Source of the DNA: an uncultured Acidobacteriota bacterium
GTDB taxonomy: Bacteria; Acidobacteriota; Vicinamibacteria; Vicinamibacterales; SCN-69-37
Reading direction: 5' to 3'
Assembly (NCBI GenBank): GCA_963793255.1
Contig: CAWBZK010000003.1
Coordinates: forward strand, 214,878-278,877
Length of the DNA: 64,000 bases
Below, one piece after another: positions 50,041 through 59,646 of this stretch. A program made the position numbers and the translations under genes. Numbering within the stretch: position 1 is the first letter of the stretch; every line of letters begins with the position of its first letter. The notes under the pieces were generated by a model that was given only the letters and a program-made list of their open reading frames with translations, had not been told where the DNA came from and searched no databases.

Positions 50041-50697
50041 TCAAGCCGCGAGGCCGGACGTGTGCGCCTCGGTGAGAGAACCCATGAACGCCTCGACGAG
50101 GTCGCGGCGTCGCCAGCCCTTTCTCATTTCATCCATGAGCGTTTCGCATGCCGTGGCGTGCGACCGCGCCGCCTTGTAGGGGCGCGCGCTCGTGAGCGCG
50201 TCGTACACATCCGCGATGCCGATGAGCTGCGCGAGGAGCGGGATTCGGTCGCCCTTCAAGCCATCCGGATATCCGGTCCCGTCGAGCCGCTCGTGGTGCC
50301 ACCGGACAATCGGACGAACCCGATGGAGCAACGGCAATGCCCGGCAGAGCGCGTCGCCGATCACGGGATGGAGCTTCATCGTGGCGAATTCCTTCGGCGT
50401 CAAATGGCCTGGCTTGCGGAGGATGCGGTCCGGAATGGCAATCTTGCCCAGGTCGTGCAGGTACCCGCCTTGGTGCAGGGTACGAAGGTCGTCGACGGCC
50501 AGCCCGAGTCTCGCGCCGGTGGCGGCCGCGTGCGCGGCGAGCCGCTGGCAATGTCCCAGCGTGTTCCTGTCCCGCATTTTCACGAGAGCGCCGAGCGCAA
50601 GAACGACGGCGTCCGTCAGCACAGGCTCGTCCACGCGACGATGCGCGCGAGCACGATCGCCGATCGACGCAACCTGATGGGCGTACGTGAACTGCAT
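50041..50697 (-). CDS. HD-GYP domain phosphodiesterase (stand-alone)
   Basis: Internal start MQFTYAHQ; HCQRLA, YLHDLGKIAIPD, HHERLDGTGYPDGLKGDRIP, IADVYDALTSARPYK. Confidence 0.8.
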   Translation of the reverse strand: MQFTYAHQVASIGDRARAHRRVDEPVLTDAVVLALGALVKMRDRNTLGHCQRLAAHAAATGARLGLAVDDLRTLHQGGYLHDLGKIAIPDRILRKPGHLTPKEFATMKLHPVIGDALCRALPLLHRVRPIVRWHHERLDGTGYPDGLKGDRIPLLAQLIGIADVYDALTSARPYKAARSHATACETLMDEMRKGWRRRDLVEAFMGSLTEAHTSGLAA

Positions 50698-50910
50698 GGC
50701 GCCTCCAGGGCGCTTACACCGCAGGTTTGGTGCCAGCGCCCCCACGCGAAGAACGGCGTGCGGCGGGTTGACGGTTTCAAAACTGTACGGGCGCCGGGAG
50801 GTGTTGAGGTGCGACCGCCCGGCAGTTCTTACAGCCACCGGGCGTTTTTTACGTTCTTCCGCGTTCCAGCTTCTGCGTTCCAGTCGGTGCGCTGAACCTG
50901 ACGACTTAGG

Positions 50911-51327
50911 TCAAACCCCGACGGTGGCGTGCGCCTCGGCCACGGTCGCCTCGGCCATCAGGGCGAGCACCCGTCGGAGATTTTCGGCCGGCTGTGGCAG
51001 GAACTCGAAGCCCGCGGCGTACCGCGGCGCGCGATTCGAATGCCCCTGATTCGAAGGATCGACGCGTTGAATGTGGCGGCACACGGCCACGATGGTCGTC
51101 GGCCGGCCGCCGACGGCCTGAAACCGGAAGCTGTGTTCCGAACCGACAGGAAATGGGCATTCACTCTCGATTCGGAATCCCCCGCGGCTCGCGTCGCGCA
51201 CGAGCACCGGAAGATCCAGCGCGACGACACACCCGTATAAATCCGACAACAACTCGACGCGCGGGTTCTTGCGTCGCTCTTCGACCATCGGCTCCGGTTT
51301 CGCACGGCGGCGCTTGGTGTTTCTCAT
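50911..51327 (-). CDS. PilZ domain protein
   Basis: ERRKNPR (RxxxR) and DASRGGF (D/NxSxxG) motifs with the correct spacing; start MRNTKRRRAKPEP. Confidence 0.7.
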   Translation of the reverse strand: MRNTKRRRAKPEPMVEERRKNPRVELLSDLYGCVVALDLPVLVRDASRGGFRIESECPFPVGSEHSFRFQAVGGRPTTIVAVCRHIQRVDPSNQGHSNRAPRYAAGFEFLPQPAENLRRVLALMAEATVAEAHATVGV

Positions 51328-51498
51328 GTTCCCTCCCGTCAGCTCGGGGTGAGTGCGCAAACCCTGTGCCGCAGCTGGCAGGCGGAAGCCGTTGAGTCAG
51401 ACCGTCTTGACGTTTGCCCGGAACTGGCGAGGGTGGCCACGAGATTACAGAAACGCACAGGGATGCATTCAGGTCCGCCCTCGAGCGTCACGAGTTTC

Positions 51499-51810
51499 AT
51501 GGCGCGTGGCGTCGATTGTTCCCACTGGCGTGCGGGTCTTTCAGTCGTGAACCAGGGCGGCGAGGTGCATACGTTCACCGAGGTCGATGACTTCGGTGGT
51601 GGCATTGTGCCCGAGCTCAACGCGCTTTCCGGAACGCCGGTGGTTGCGCCCGAATGTCTGGCTCTGGGCGCAGGCGATTTCATCGCGCCGGGAGGGCAAA
51701 CGTCACACACGTTTGAACGCGGCGAGGCGGACAAGTACCAGTGCTGCATCCATCCGTGGATGCGTGCTCGACTCGATAGAGTCGGTACTCGAACCGCACT
51801 CCGATCCTGA
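51499..51810 (+). pseudogene. cupredoxin-like copper protein fragment (no signal peptide; N-terminal region disrupted)
   Basis: VVNQGGEVHTFTEV...GDFIAPGGQTSHTF...YQCCIHPWM carries the His...Cys-x2-His-x2-Met type-1 copper ligand pattern. The upstream part changes frame and overlaps the pilZ start. Confidence 0.4.
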
Positions 51811-54500
51811 GCGTGCGCGGGGGCTGGACGGCCGTGATCCGCCGGAAGCCGGGTCCGGCGATCGGGTCCTCCTCCACCTCGTTGCCGCTGTTGAGCAGGT
51901 TGAACACGTCCACCCTGAACGCCGCCCGGCCACGCTTCACCGCGAACCCCTTCTCGAATCGCGTGTCGAGCGTCGTGGCGAACGTGAACCGGGTGGTACC
52001 GAGCTCGTCGGCTGAGATCGCTTCCGCACCTTGCGCGAGGTCGGGCACGAGCACCAGGCGGGAGAACGGCTGACCGTCCTGGTAGCGAGCCGTGACGCCA
52101 ACCAGGAAGTCGTTCTGCGTGCGGAAACTCGTGGACCAGTTCAGCACGTACGCGCAATCGAAGAACAGGCGGCCGCTCGAGAACGTGGTCGCGTTCGGAT
52201 CCTCGTAGATCTCCCCGATCACGCCCGGGTCGTTCTCGTTGACGTGGAAGCCCCGGTTGCCGCCCGATCCTTTCGCGCGGTACGCCGCGATGCCGGCCAT
52301 CGAGTACCACCGGGGCGTTTCGAGCCCCCAATCCACCTCGAGGCCGTCGTACGCCGATTCGTCATTCGGCACGTTCGTGAGCAGATAACGATCCTGCCCG
52401 AACGTCGAGGGCAGCCGATCGTACACGGTCAGCAAGCCATCCGATCCCTGCGTCGTGTCGCCATCCGGTACGAGCACGACGGCGTAGCCGGACGTCGGCA
52501 CGCCGACGTCGACCGAGCGTGGGATGTTGCGGCTGCGACGCACGACCGCCGTGACGCGCACGAACGTGTGGCTGAAACGATGCTCGGCCGACAGGGCGTA
52601 TTCGTCCACTCGCGGCGGCTTCAGGTCCGGGTCGATGCTGGCGATCGCGGGACCACGGCCCGTGAGGGCCACGAGCGTACCGGTTTCGCCCGCGTCGAGC
52701 CGACCGTCGTCGTCCGAATCCTGCCACCGGTGCACGTTCACCACGGGTTCGCCAGGGTCGCCGAACGCCAGCAGATCCGGTGAGAGACGTGGCTGATACC
52801 GGCTGAACCCGCCGAAGAAGGTCACGCCCTTCGGCGCCCACCGGAAGGACACGCGGGGTGACAGTGTCCCCCACGTAGATGCCGGCCTCCGCGCCGGCAG
52901 CCTCTCCGTTCGAGATCTCAGCCCGCAGGCCGAGGTCGAGCGTGAAGCGGCTGGCGATCGGCATCGTGCTCTGGATAGCCGCGCTCGCTTCGGTCACCCG
53001 GCGATCAGAGTTCGAGATCGGCGCCTCGGGGATCCACACACGCGCCGGCACACCGGCCACCAGCTCGGCAACGGCCGGCAACGCGAGCACCTCGGAGGAT
53101 TGCGACGTGCGCGCGGCGGCCACGACGACCCGGACGTCGCCCAGCCGGCGCGAGACGCGCGGGTTGAGCTCCAGGCGCGCGTCCAAGCGCGACCGGACCG
53201 CGTGGGATGCCACCGCCGGAATCACGCCGTCGTAGATCCGGTCGACCGTACCGCCCACGGTCGATCCCGGTACAGGCGTGAAGGTGGCCCGCTGCACACC
53301 GAACGAAATCTCCCGCTGCGATCCATTCGCGCTGACATGGTCCCAGGCGAGCTCTCCCTGCCCAAACGTGTTCGTTTCCGTCGCGCTGCGATCGGCAAAC
53401 TGCGCGCGGCCGTCGAAGGCGTGGGCCAACCATTGGATCGCGCCGAGGACGCGGACCTCGTCGCGGTCGCCGGGACGCGAGACCACGTGCGTGAACACAC
53501 TGGTCGCGTCGGCCTCGACAGGGGGTTCGTCGCCGCGCTCGGTTAACGTTGCGCGCGACGCCGAGACCGAGACCAGCACGCCCGTGGTCTTCCGCACGGG
53601 ACCACCCACCTGCACGTTCACGTTCGCCCAGTCGTTCACGGCGGCGATTGGCGTCAGGCCCGGATCGGCGCTCGACGTGCTCACCATGCCTGGCGTGGTG
53701 AACGACGCGTCCACGGCCGTTCGCAGGCGCGTTCCAGGGCGCTTCGGCACGAGCGCAATCGCAACGCCGGACGCCGCCATGTCCGGCGGCATCAGGCCCG
53801 ACGAGATCGTCACGGCGGCGGCGGCCGAAAGGTCGGGATAAAGCGCGAACGCCCCTGAGGTGGTCGGTGAGCCGGCGTCGAGTCCACCCATCGACAAGGA
53901 GGTCGTCGTCCAGGAGGCTCCGCGCATGTCCAGGCGCGGCGACGTCGCGGTGCCCACGCCGCCGTTGTCGATGCGGTCAGCCGCGACGAGGGGGGCGGCC
54001 GTGTCGATGAACGCCCACAGATCTCCGCCCGATGGCAGGCCCTCCAGTTGCGCGGCGCTGAAGCTGGTGCCGTGACTGAACTGGCTTCTGTCGACGATCA
54101 CGAGTCGAGGCACATCGGGCGGCTGTCCGAAGGTGGCCTCGAGCCACACGATCGTGCCCGCCGCCAGCGCAACCTCGATGGTCGCCGGCGCGGCGCCGTT
54201 GGGTGCGGGAATGGTGACCGTGTAGGTCGCCGGGGGAAGGCGGTGAACCGTGGAGACCTGGCCGCTCGCAATCGGCGTAGACCACCGGCGCAGCGGGTCG
54301 CCGCCCGAAACGTCCACCGAGGTCGCAAGCCCCGCCGGGCCCACGAGCCTCACGTGAAGCGTTGCCGATGTCGATTGGCCGGCGTGCGCGTCGCCTGGGG
54401 CGAACGCCATCAAAAGGGCCGCGAGCGCGACCGAGCGCCGAAGAGCCGGAATCCCGTCGTTCAATACCACATCGCTCTGCGGACACGAGGCATGCCCCAT
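51680..54500 (-). CDS. TonB-dependent-receptor-like outer membrane barrel with N-terminal carboxypeptidase-regulatory-like domain; one frame break about 52850-52856
   Basis: Signal ALRRSVALAALLMAFAPGDAHA; ATLHVRLVGPAG...YTVTIPAPNG. After ...IYVGDTVTPRV the frame of ORF 51680..52852 continues SFRWAPKGVTFFGG...RVDVFNLLNSGN...PRTLRIGVRFEY, a typical TBDR C-terminus. The true stop may be near 51777. Confidence 0.65.
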
Positions 54501-54562
54501 ACTTTATCGGACGCCTTGAAGATCGTGTGACGAATTGGGGCATCGGCCTCAGAGGAGCTCTG

Positions 54563-54652
54563 ATGTTCGTGGTTCGTTTGATCCTGGCGATGCTCGTGGT
54601 GTTCCTGATTCTCACAGCGATCCGGATGTACCTCGGTTCTAGAAACCGCTAG
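54563..54652 (+). CDS. possible 29-aa single-TM peptide
   Basis: GAGGAG 7 nt upstream of the ATG; MFVVRLILAMLVVFLILTAIRMYLGSRNR. Confidence 0.25.
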   Translation: MFVVRLILAMLVVFLILTAIRMYLGSRNR

Positions 54653-54760
54653 CCAGAGCAGGCCTAACCGTTAGCTCTGCCAGCGATCGCGCCAGCATTC
54701 TTGCGCTGGTGGATGGTCTGAGATGTGTCAGAATCCGCCCTTCCACCGAGGGAGCACATC

Positions 54761-55810
54761 ATGAAGCGACTGGGATTCATCACCGGGATCTGCTTCGTCC
54801 TCTCCATGGCCGTGGGCTGGCCTACCGCACAGACGCCGGCGCCGGCCGGTCAAGGTCAGGAAGGCGCCGCGCGCGGTGGCGGCGGCGGGACTCAATACAA
54901 CTGGCAATACGGTAGCGTGACGCCCGCGACGCCCGATGCCCGTGGCTGGGGCTGGCAGGCCAAATCGTACGTCAGCGCGGGCGCAACGCGGCCGTTCTAC
55001 AACATCGCCAAGGAACTGCTCTTCCAGGACAAGCAGATCACGAGCTACACGATTTCCACGTTCAGCCCGGAGCTGTACTGCGAGGTCGGCAAGCATTTCG
55101 ACTACATCTGGTTCGAGATGCAGCACAGCACGATGTCATTCGACGAGGTGCGCCGGATGATCCTGACGTGCCCCAGGGTTGGCGCCGCGCCGATGATTCG
55201 GATGCCCGACGCGCTCGAAGCCAATATCCAGAAGGCGACCGATCTCGGAGTGCTTGGCATCATCGTGCCGACCGTGGACGACGCGCTCGAGGCAAGGGAT
55301 GCGGCGCGCTTCTCGCGCTTCCCGCCGTTTGGCCGCCGGAGCGCCGGCGGCGGCGCGGCGTCCCAGCTCTGGACGCAGCCCGGCGTGAACTACCGCGCCA
55401 CCATCAACGACAACATGCTCGTCGTCGTGATGATCGAGACACTCGAGGGCGTCGCCAATGCCAGCGAAATCGCGGCGACCCAGGGTGTGGACGCGGTGAT
55501 CATCGGCAACAACGACCTGTCGAGTTTCTCGGGCTGGGCGCAGACCGACCCTCGATATCAGGACGCCATCACGCTGGTCCACAACGCGACGCTCAAGGCC
55601 GGCAAGTACTTCGGGAACGCGGGCGCGCAATACCTCACGGGCAATCGACTGAGCGCGAACACCCGCATCGTCCAGAACGGCCCCGCTCGAGATGGATGGA
55701 CACCGCCCGCTCGCGGACGCGGCCGGGGTCCCGAGGAAGAGCCGGTCATCGGCATGCCGGGGAGCGAAGGCGGTGCGCGCGGAGGACGGAGAGGCGGTGG
55801 CGCGCAGTAG
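54761..55810 (+). CDS. HpcH/HpaI-family aldolase with N-terminal signal peptide and Gly/Arg-rich termini
   Basis: MKRLGFITGICFVLSMAVGWPTAQ; FEMQHS, MIRMPD, LGIIVPTVDD, VVVMIETLEGV, DAVIIGNNDLS. The tail is ARGRGRGPEEEP...GGARGGRRGGGAQ. Confidence 0.75.
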   Translation: MKRLGFITGICFVLSMAVGWPTAQTPAPAGQGQEGAARGGGGGTQYNWQYGSVTPATPDARGWGWQAKSYVSAGATRPFYNIAKELLFQDKQITSYTISTFSPELYCEVGKHFDYIWFEMQHSTMSFDEVRRMILTCPRVGAAPMIRMPDALEANIQKATDLGVLGIIVPTVDDALEARDAARFSRFPPFGRRSAGGGAASQLWTQPGVNYRATINDNMLVVVMIETLEGVANASEIAATQGVDAVIIGNNDLSSFSGWAQTDPRYQDAITLVHNATLKAGKYFGNAGAQYLTGNRLSANTRIVQNGPARDGWTPPARGRGRGPEEEPVIGMPGSEGGARGGRRGGGAQ

Positions 55811-55879
55811 GAGATTTCCACTCTCAGGTGTCGACGTACTCATCGCGAAACCCGCGCATTGCAATTCGGTCGCATCGTG

Positions 55880-55895
55880 TTGGCAAAGAACTCGC
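55880..55895 (+). promoter_or_regulatory. possible sigma54 (-24/-12) promoter
   Basis: TGGCAaagaacTcGCA against the consensus TGGCACGnnnnTTGCW, with correct GG/GC spacing, 35 nt upstream of the ATG at 55930. Confidence 0.35.
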
Positions 55896-55929
55896 ACTCG
55901 GAGACGGTCACTTTTAGAGGAGTCCGACC

Positions 55930-56180
55930 ATGTCCACAACCGTGCTCAACCCATCGCGCGTTTCACCTCCCGTCCCTCCTGGCGTCGCGACCGAGATCCC
56001 GGCCCTTCCGACGGTTCCGGATCCGGTGAGCCAGGTGGAGAGCCGGCAGCCTCAGCGCTCCCGATTGAAGAAGTTCAAGCCGAGGCCTATCGGCTCTATC
56101 TCGAACGCGGCGGCGAAGACGGCCACGATGTCGAGGATTGGCTGGCAGCCGAAGCGCTCGTACGGGCGAAGATGCTTTAG
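55930..56180 (+). CDS. small DUF2934 domain protein; one frame break about 56025-56045
   Basis: AGAGGAG RBS; MSTTVLNPSRVSPPVPPG... in one frame, and the C-terminus PIEEVQAEAYRLYLERGGEDGHDVEDWLAAEALVRAKML (the DUF2934 signature) in the other. There is no start codon in the second frame. Confidence 0.5.
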
Positions 56181-56194
56181 CTCACGGCACCTGC

Positions 56195-56358
56195 GGTTCA
56201 GGGTTTCGGGTTCCAGGTTTCGGGTTCTGGTTCAGAGTTCCGAGGTTCAGGGTTCTGTCATTGAGCCATGAACCTGGCAACTCGGAACCAGAACCTGAAA
56301 CCAGGAACTCTGAGGAACCAGAACCCGAAACCCGGAACCCGAAACCAGGAACCCGAAG
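56195..56358. repeat. about 160-nt hairpin of GGTTNNG heptamers
   Basis: Left arm ggttcag ggtttcg ggttcca ggtttcg ggttctg gttcaga gttccga ggttcag ggttctg; loop tcattgagccat; right arm gaacc...ggaactctgaggaaccagaacccgaaacccggaacccgaaaccaggaaccc. Confidence 0.8.
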
Positions 56359-56420
56359 TCCAGGTGAGCGTCTGACCCGCTGCTCGCCTGCTGATAGCAT
56401 TCGGCGGCAGGAGCCCAACC

Positions 56421-57591
56421 ATGCCCCTGTTGCTCGTTAGAAGTGCCGCCGTTGCCGCCATCCTGATTGCCGGCGGTACGCTCGCCGCCCAGCAGGACGT
56501 CTACAAGTCCGCCAACCACGACTACCGCGTCGTGACCGTCGTCGACGCGCTCGTGCAGCCGTGGTCGATCGCGTTTCTCCCGAACGGGGACTGGCTGATC
56601 ACGGAGCGCCCGGGGCGCTTGCGGATCGTTCGCAACGGCAAGCTGCTTCCGCAAGCCGTCGAGGGAACGCCGAAGGTGTTCACTTCGACCCAGGCGGGTC
56701 TCCTCGAGGTCGCGCTTCACCCGGACTTCGCGACCAACCGGTTCCTCTACTTGACCTACTCAAAACCGGGCGTGGGTGATGAATCCACGACGGCCCTGGT
56801 CAGGGGCCGCTTTGAGAACGACCGGCTGACCGACGTCGAAGGAGTTGTTCGCGTCGGTGTCATCGGGGCTCAACCACTACGGTGGCAAGATCGCGTTCGA
56901 CCGTAACGGCTATCTCTGGCTGACGCTCGGCGACCGGCAGGTTCCACCCCAGGGGAACCTGGAGGCGCACCCTGCCCAGGACCTGTCGAATCACCACGGC
57001 AAACTGATTCGGTTGCACGACGATGGCCGGGTGCCTGCGGACAACCCGTTCGTCGGCCGTGCCGGCGCGAAGCCCGAGATTTGGAGCTACGGCCACCGGA
57101 ACATGCAGGGCATCGCGATTCATCCGGTGACGGGCGACGTCTGGACCAACGAGCACGGCCCGCAAGGTGGCGATGAGCTGAATCTCGAGCTTCCCGGACG
57201 CAACTATGGCTGGCCGGTCATTGGATTCGGCGTGAACTACACGACCGGTGCGGCCATCCATTCAGGCACGATGCGCGAGGGCATGGAGCAGCCCCGCCAG
57301 GTCTGGGTGCCGTCGATCGGGATCTCCGGCGCGATGTTCTACACCGGCGATCGCTTTCCGGAGTGGCGCGGGAACCTTTTCGTCGGCGGCATGGCCGGAC
57401 AACAGCTTGTGCGGCTCACGCTCGACGGCCAGCGTGTCACGGGTCGAGAGGACCTGGTGCCGCAGCGAGGCCGGATCCGCGACGTGCGCCAGGGGCCGGA
57501 CGGGTTGATCTACCTCGTCACGGACAACCGGGAGGGTCAGCCGACGCCGATCTATCGCCTGGAACCTGTCGTCCGCCAGGCCGCGAGGTAA
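56421..57591 (+). CDS. PQQ-dependent sugar (glucose/sorbosone) dehydrogenase, soluble type; one frame break about 56841-56845
   Basis: PWSIAFLPNGDWLITERPGRLRIV, LLEVALHPDF; after ...LTDVE the frame of ORF 56845..57591 continues LFASVSSGLNHYGGKIAFDRNGYLWLTLGDR, GHRNMQGIA, GPQGGDELN, NYGWP. Confidence 0.8.
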
Positions 57592-57596
57592 CACGC

Positions 57597-58091
57597 GTGC
57601 TGTCGCCAAAAGAATTCACCCGGACACTTTTCACTGTCGTCGTGATTGGGTTCGGCGCACTGTCGGCGTCCTTCGGGGCTCAAAGCAAGTCCACGACGGT
57701 GCAGATTGACCTTCGCGTCGGCGGCGCCGCCTACACGGTCAGCGGTCCTGGCGAGTGCCACGCGACCGATGACGCCAGCATCTTCAACGCACCGGCCGGG
57801 ATGAAGGGTGCGCAGCAGTCCGACGCGAGCCGCAGCCTGAACTTCACGATGTGGCGGCTCGTGAAAGGCGGCGACATGATCACACTCGACATCACGCTCG
57901 GAGCCAAACGGCATCGGGTCAATACGCTGACGGTCGCCCCTGCGGCCGAGCGGCGTGGCTCCGGCAGCGTGACGTTCCAGGCCCGCGGCGCCGGCGGCGT
58001 GTTCACGTTCGACGCCACGGCTGATACAGGCGCTCGGATCACCGGCCAGGTCAGCTGCTCCGCCTTCGCCAAGCCAGAAGAGAACGGCTGA
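57597..58091 (+). CDS. secreted hypothetical protein
   Basis: GTG start; TM/signal TLFTVVVIGFGALSASFGAQS; 164 aa; no family recognised. Confidence 0.4.
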   Translation: MLSPKEFTRTLFTVVVIGFGALSASFGAQSKSTTVQIDLRVGGAAYTVSGPGECHATDDASIFNAPAGMKGAQQSDASRSLNFTMWRLVKGGDMITLDITLGAKRHRVNTLTVAPAAERRGSGSVTFQARGAGGVFTFDATADTGARITGQVSCSAFAKPEENG

Positions 58092-58137
58092 GCCGCCGGA
58101 TGCGGACTGCTCCGGGCGATCATCGCCAAACCCTGAC

Positions 58138-59575
58138 GTGAAGCTGCTTCTCGTTGTCGTGTGGGCCGCCGTGGTCGTCTGGACGGCATGGGCATCCGAC
58201 GACGCGTTCATCACGCTTCGGACGGTGGACAACGCGCTGAACGGGTACGGGCTTCGATTCAATGTCGCCGAGCGCGTTCAGGCGTACACCCATCCCCTGT
58301 GGATGTTCGTGACGCTTGCCGCGACATGGGTCGCCGGATCGGCATACCTCGGCGCGATGTGGGTCTCGATCGCGGCGTCCGTCGCCTCAGTCGTCGTGTT
58401 CCTCCGGCGAATCGCCGCCGGAACGTTTGGCGCCGTTCTCGCTGTCACGTTGCTTCTCAGCTCGCGGGCGTTCACCGACTACTCGACGTCCGGGCTCGAA
58501 AACCCTCTGACGCACCTGTTGCTCGCGTCCTTCGTTGCGACCTGGTGGTCGCTCGCCGCTGGCCCGAGGCGGACGTTCTGGCTCGCCCTGCTGGTCGCGG
58601 CCATCATGATCAACAGGATCGACGCCGGCGTGCTCGTGTTGCCCGCGTTCGCCGTCGCGGCGTGGCAGCGTCCGATGAGACCCCATCTGATCGCGGCTCT
58701 GGCCGGCTTCCTGCCGTTGGCTCTCTGGGAAGCGTTCTCCCTCATCTACTACGGCTTTCTCTTTCCGAACACGGCCTACGCCAAGCTCTCAACCGGGGTG
58801 CCGCAACTCGACCTGATGGCGCAGGCCGTGCACTACTACACGAACTCTCTCCAGACGGACGCCCCGACGCTTCTGACGATTGCCGCCGCCCTCGTCCTGG
58901 CCGCCACGAGGCGGAAGGCCGACACGTGGCCTCTCGCGGTTGGCATCCTGCTCTATCTCGTCTACATCGTGCGGATCGGCGGCGATTTCATGGCGGGCCG
59001 ATTCTTTGCCGCGCCGTTCTTCGTCGCCGTCATGGTGGTGTGCCACGGTCCTCTGCCGGCCCGCTGGACGGTTCGCGGCGGAATTGTGGCGACCCTCCTT
59101 GTGGCTCGCGCACTGCTCCTGTCGATACCGTTCGACATCTCAATGCGTCATGGCATCACCGATCAGCGACGTCTGGTACTCCGATGGGACGCGATTGGTG
59201 ACGCAACGCACTTATCCGCTCGAAGGACGGCCGGAGGCCATTCGCGGGCGGGTGATCCGCGATACCCGCCCTGGCGTGGTCGAGTGGGGGATGATCGGGA
59301 TCACTGGCTACTTTGCCGGGCCTGACGTGCACATTCTCGATACCTACGCGCTCTCGGATCCGCTCCTGGCGCGAAGGCCCGCCAACGCCAAGTGGCGCAT
59401 CGGGCACTTCGAACGGCGCGTGCCCGCCGGGTACGCGCGCTCGCTTCGGACGGGACAGAATCATCTCGAGAGCAAGATGCTGGCGGCGCTCTACGACGAC
59501 ATCCTTCTTGCAACCCGGGGTCCGCTGTGGACCCGTGACCGGTGGGGGGCGATTCTGCGCCTGAACCTTCAATAA
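58138..59575 (+). CDS. GT-C-fold integral membrane glycosyltransferase (arabinofuranosyltransferase-like, DDxF motif); one frame break about 59145-59165
   Basis: ASDDAFITLRTVDNALNGYGLRFN, about 9 TMs. The C-terminal soluble part in the frame of ORF 58880..59575 reads ISDVWYSDG...ILDTYALSDPLLARRPANAKWRIGHFERRVPAGY. Confidence 0.6.
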
Positions 59576-59645
59576 CGACGCCTGAACCTTCAATAACCAA
59601 TGACCAATAGCCAATCCAATAACCAATAACAAATAATCAATAGGA
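59557..59645. repeat. 21-nt tandem duplication spanning the stop codon, followed by a CCAATNN heptamer array
   Basis: gcgcctgaaccttcaataac / acgcctgaaccttcaataac (period 21), then caatgac caatagc caatcca ataacca ataacaa ataatca atagg, ending 2 nt before the usp ATG. Confidence 0.75.
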
Positions 59646-59646
59646 A

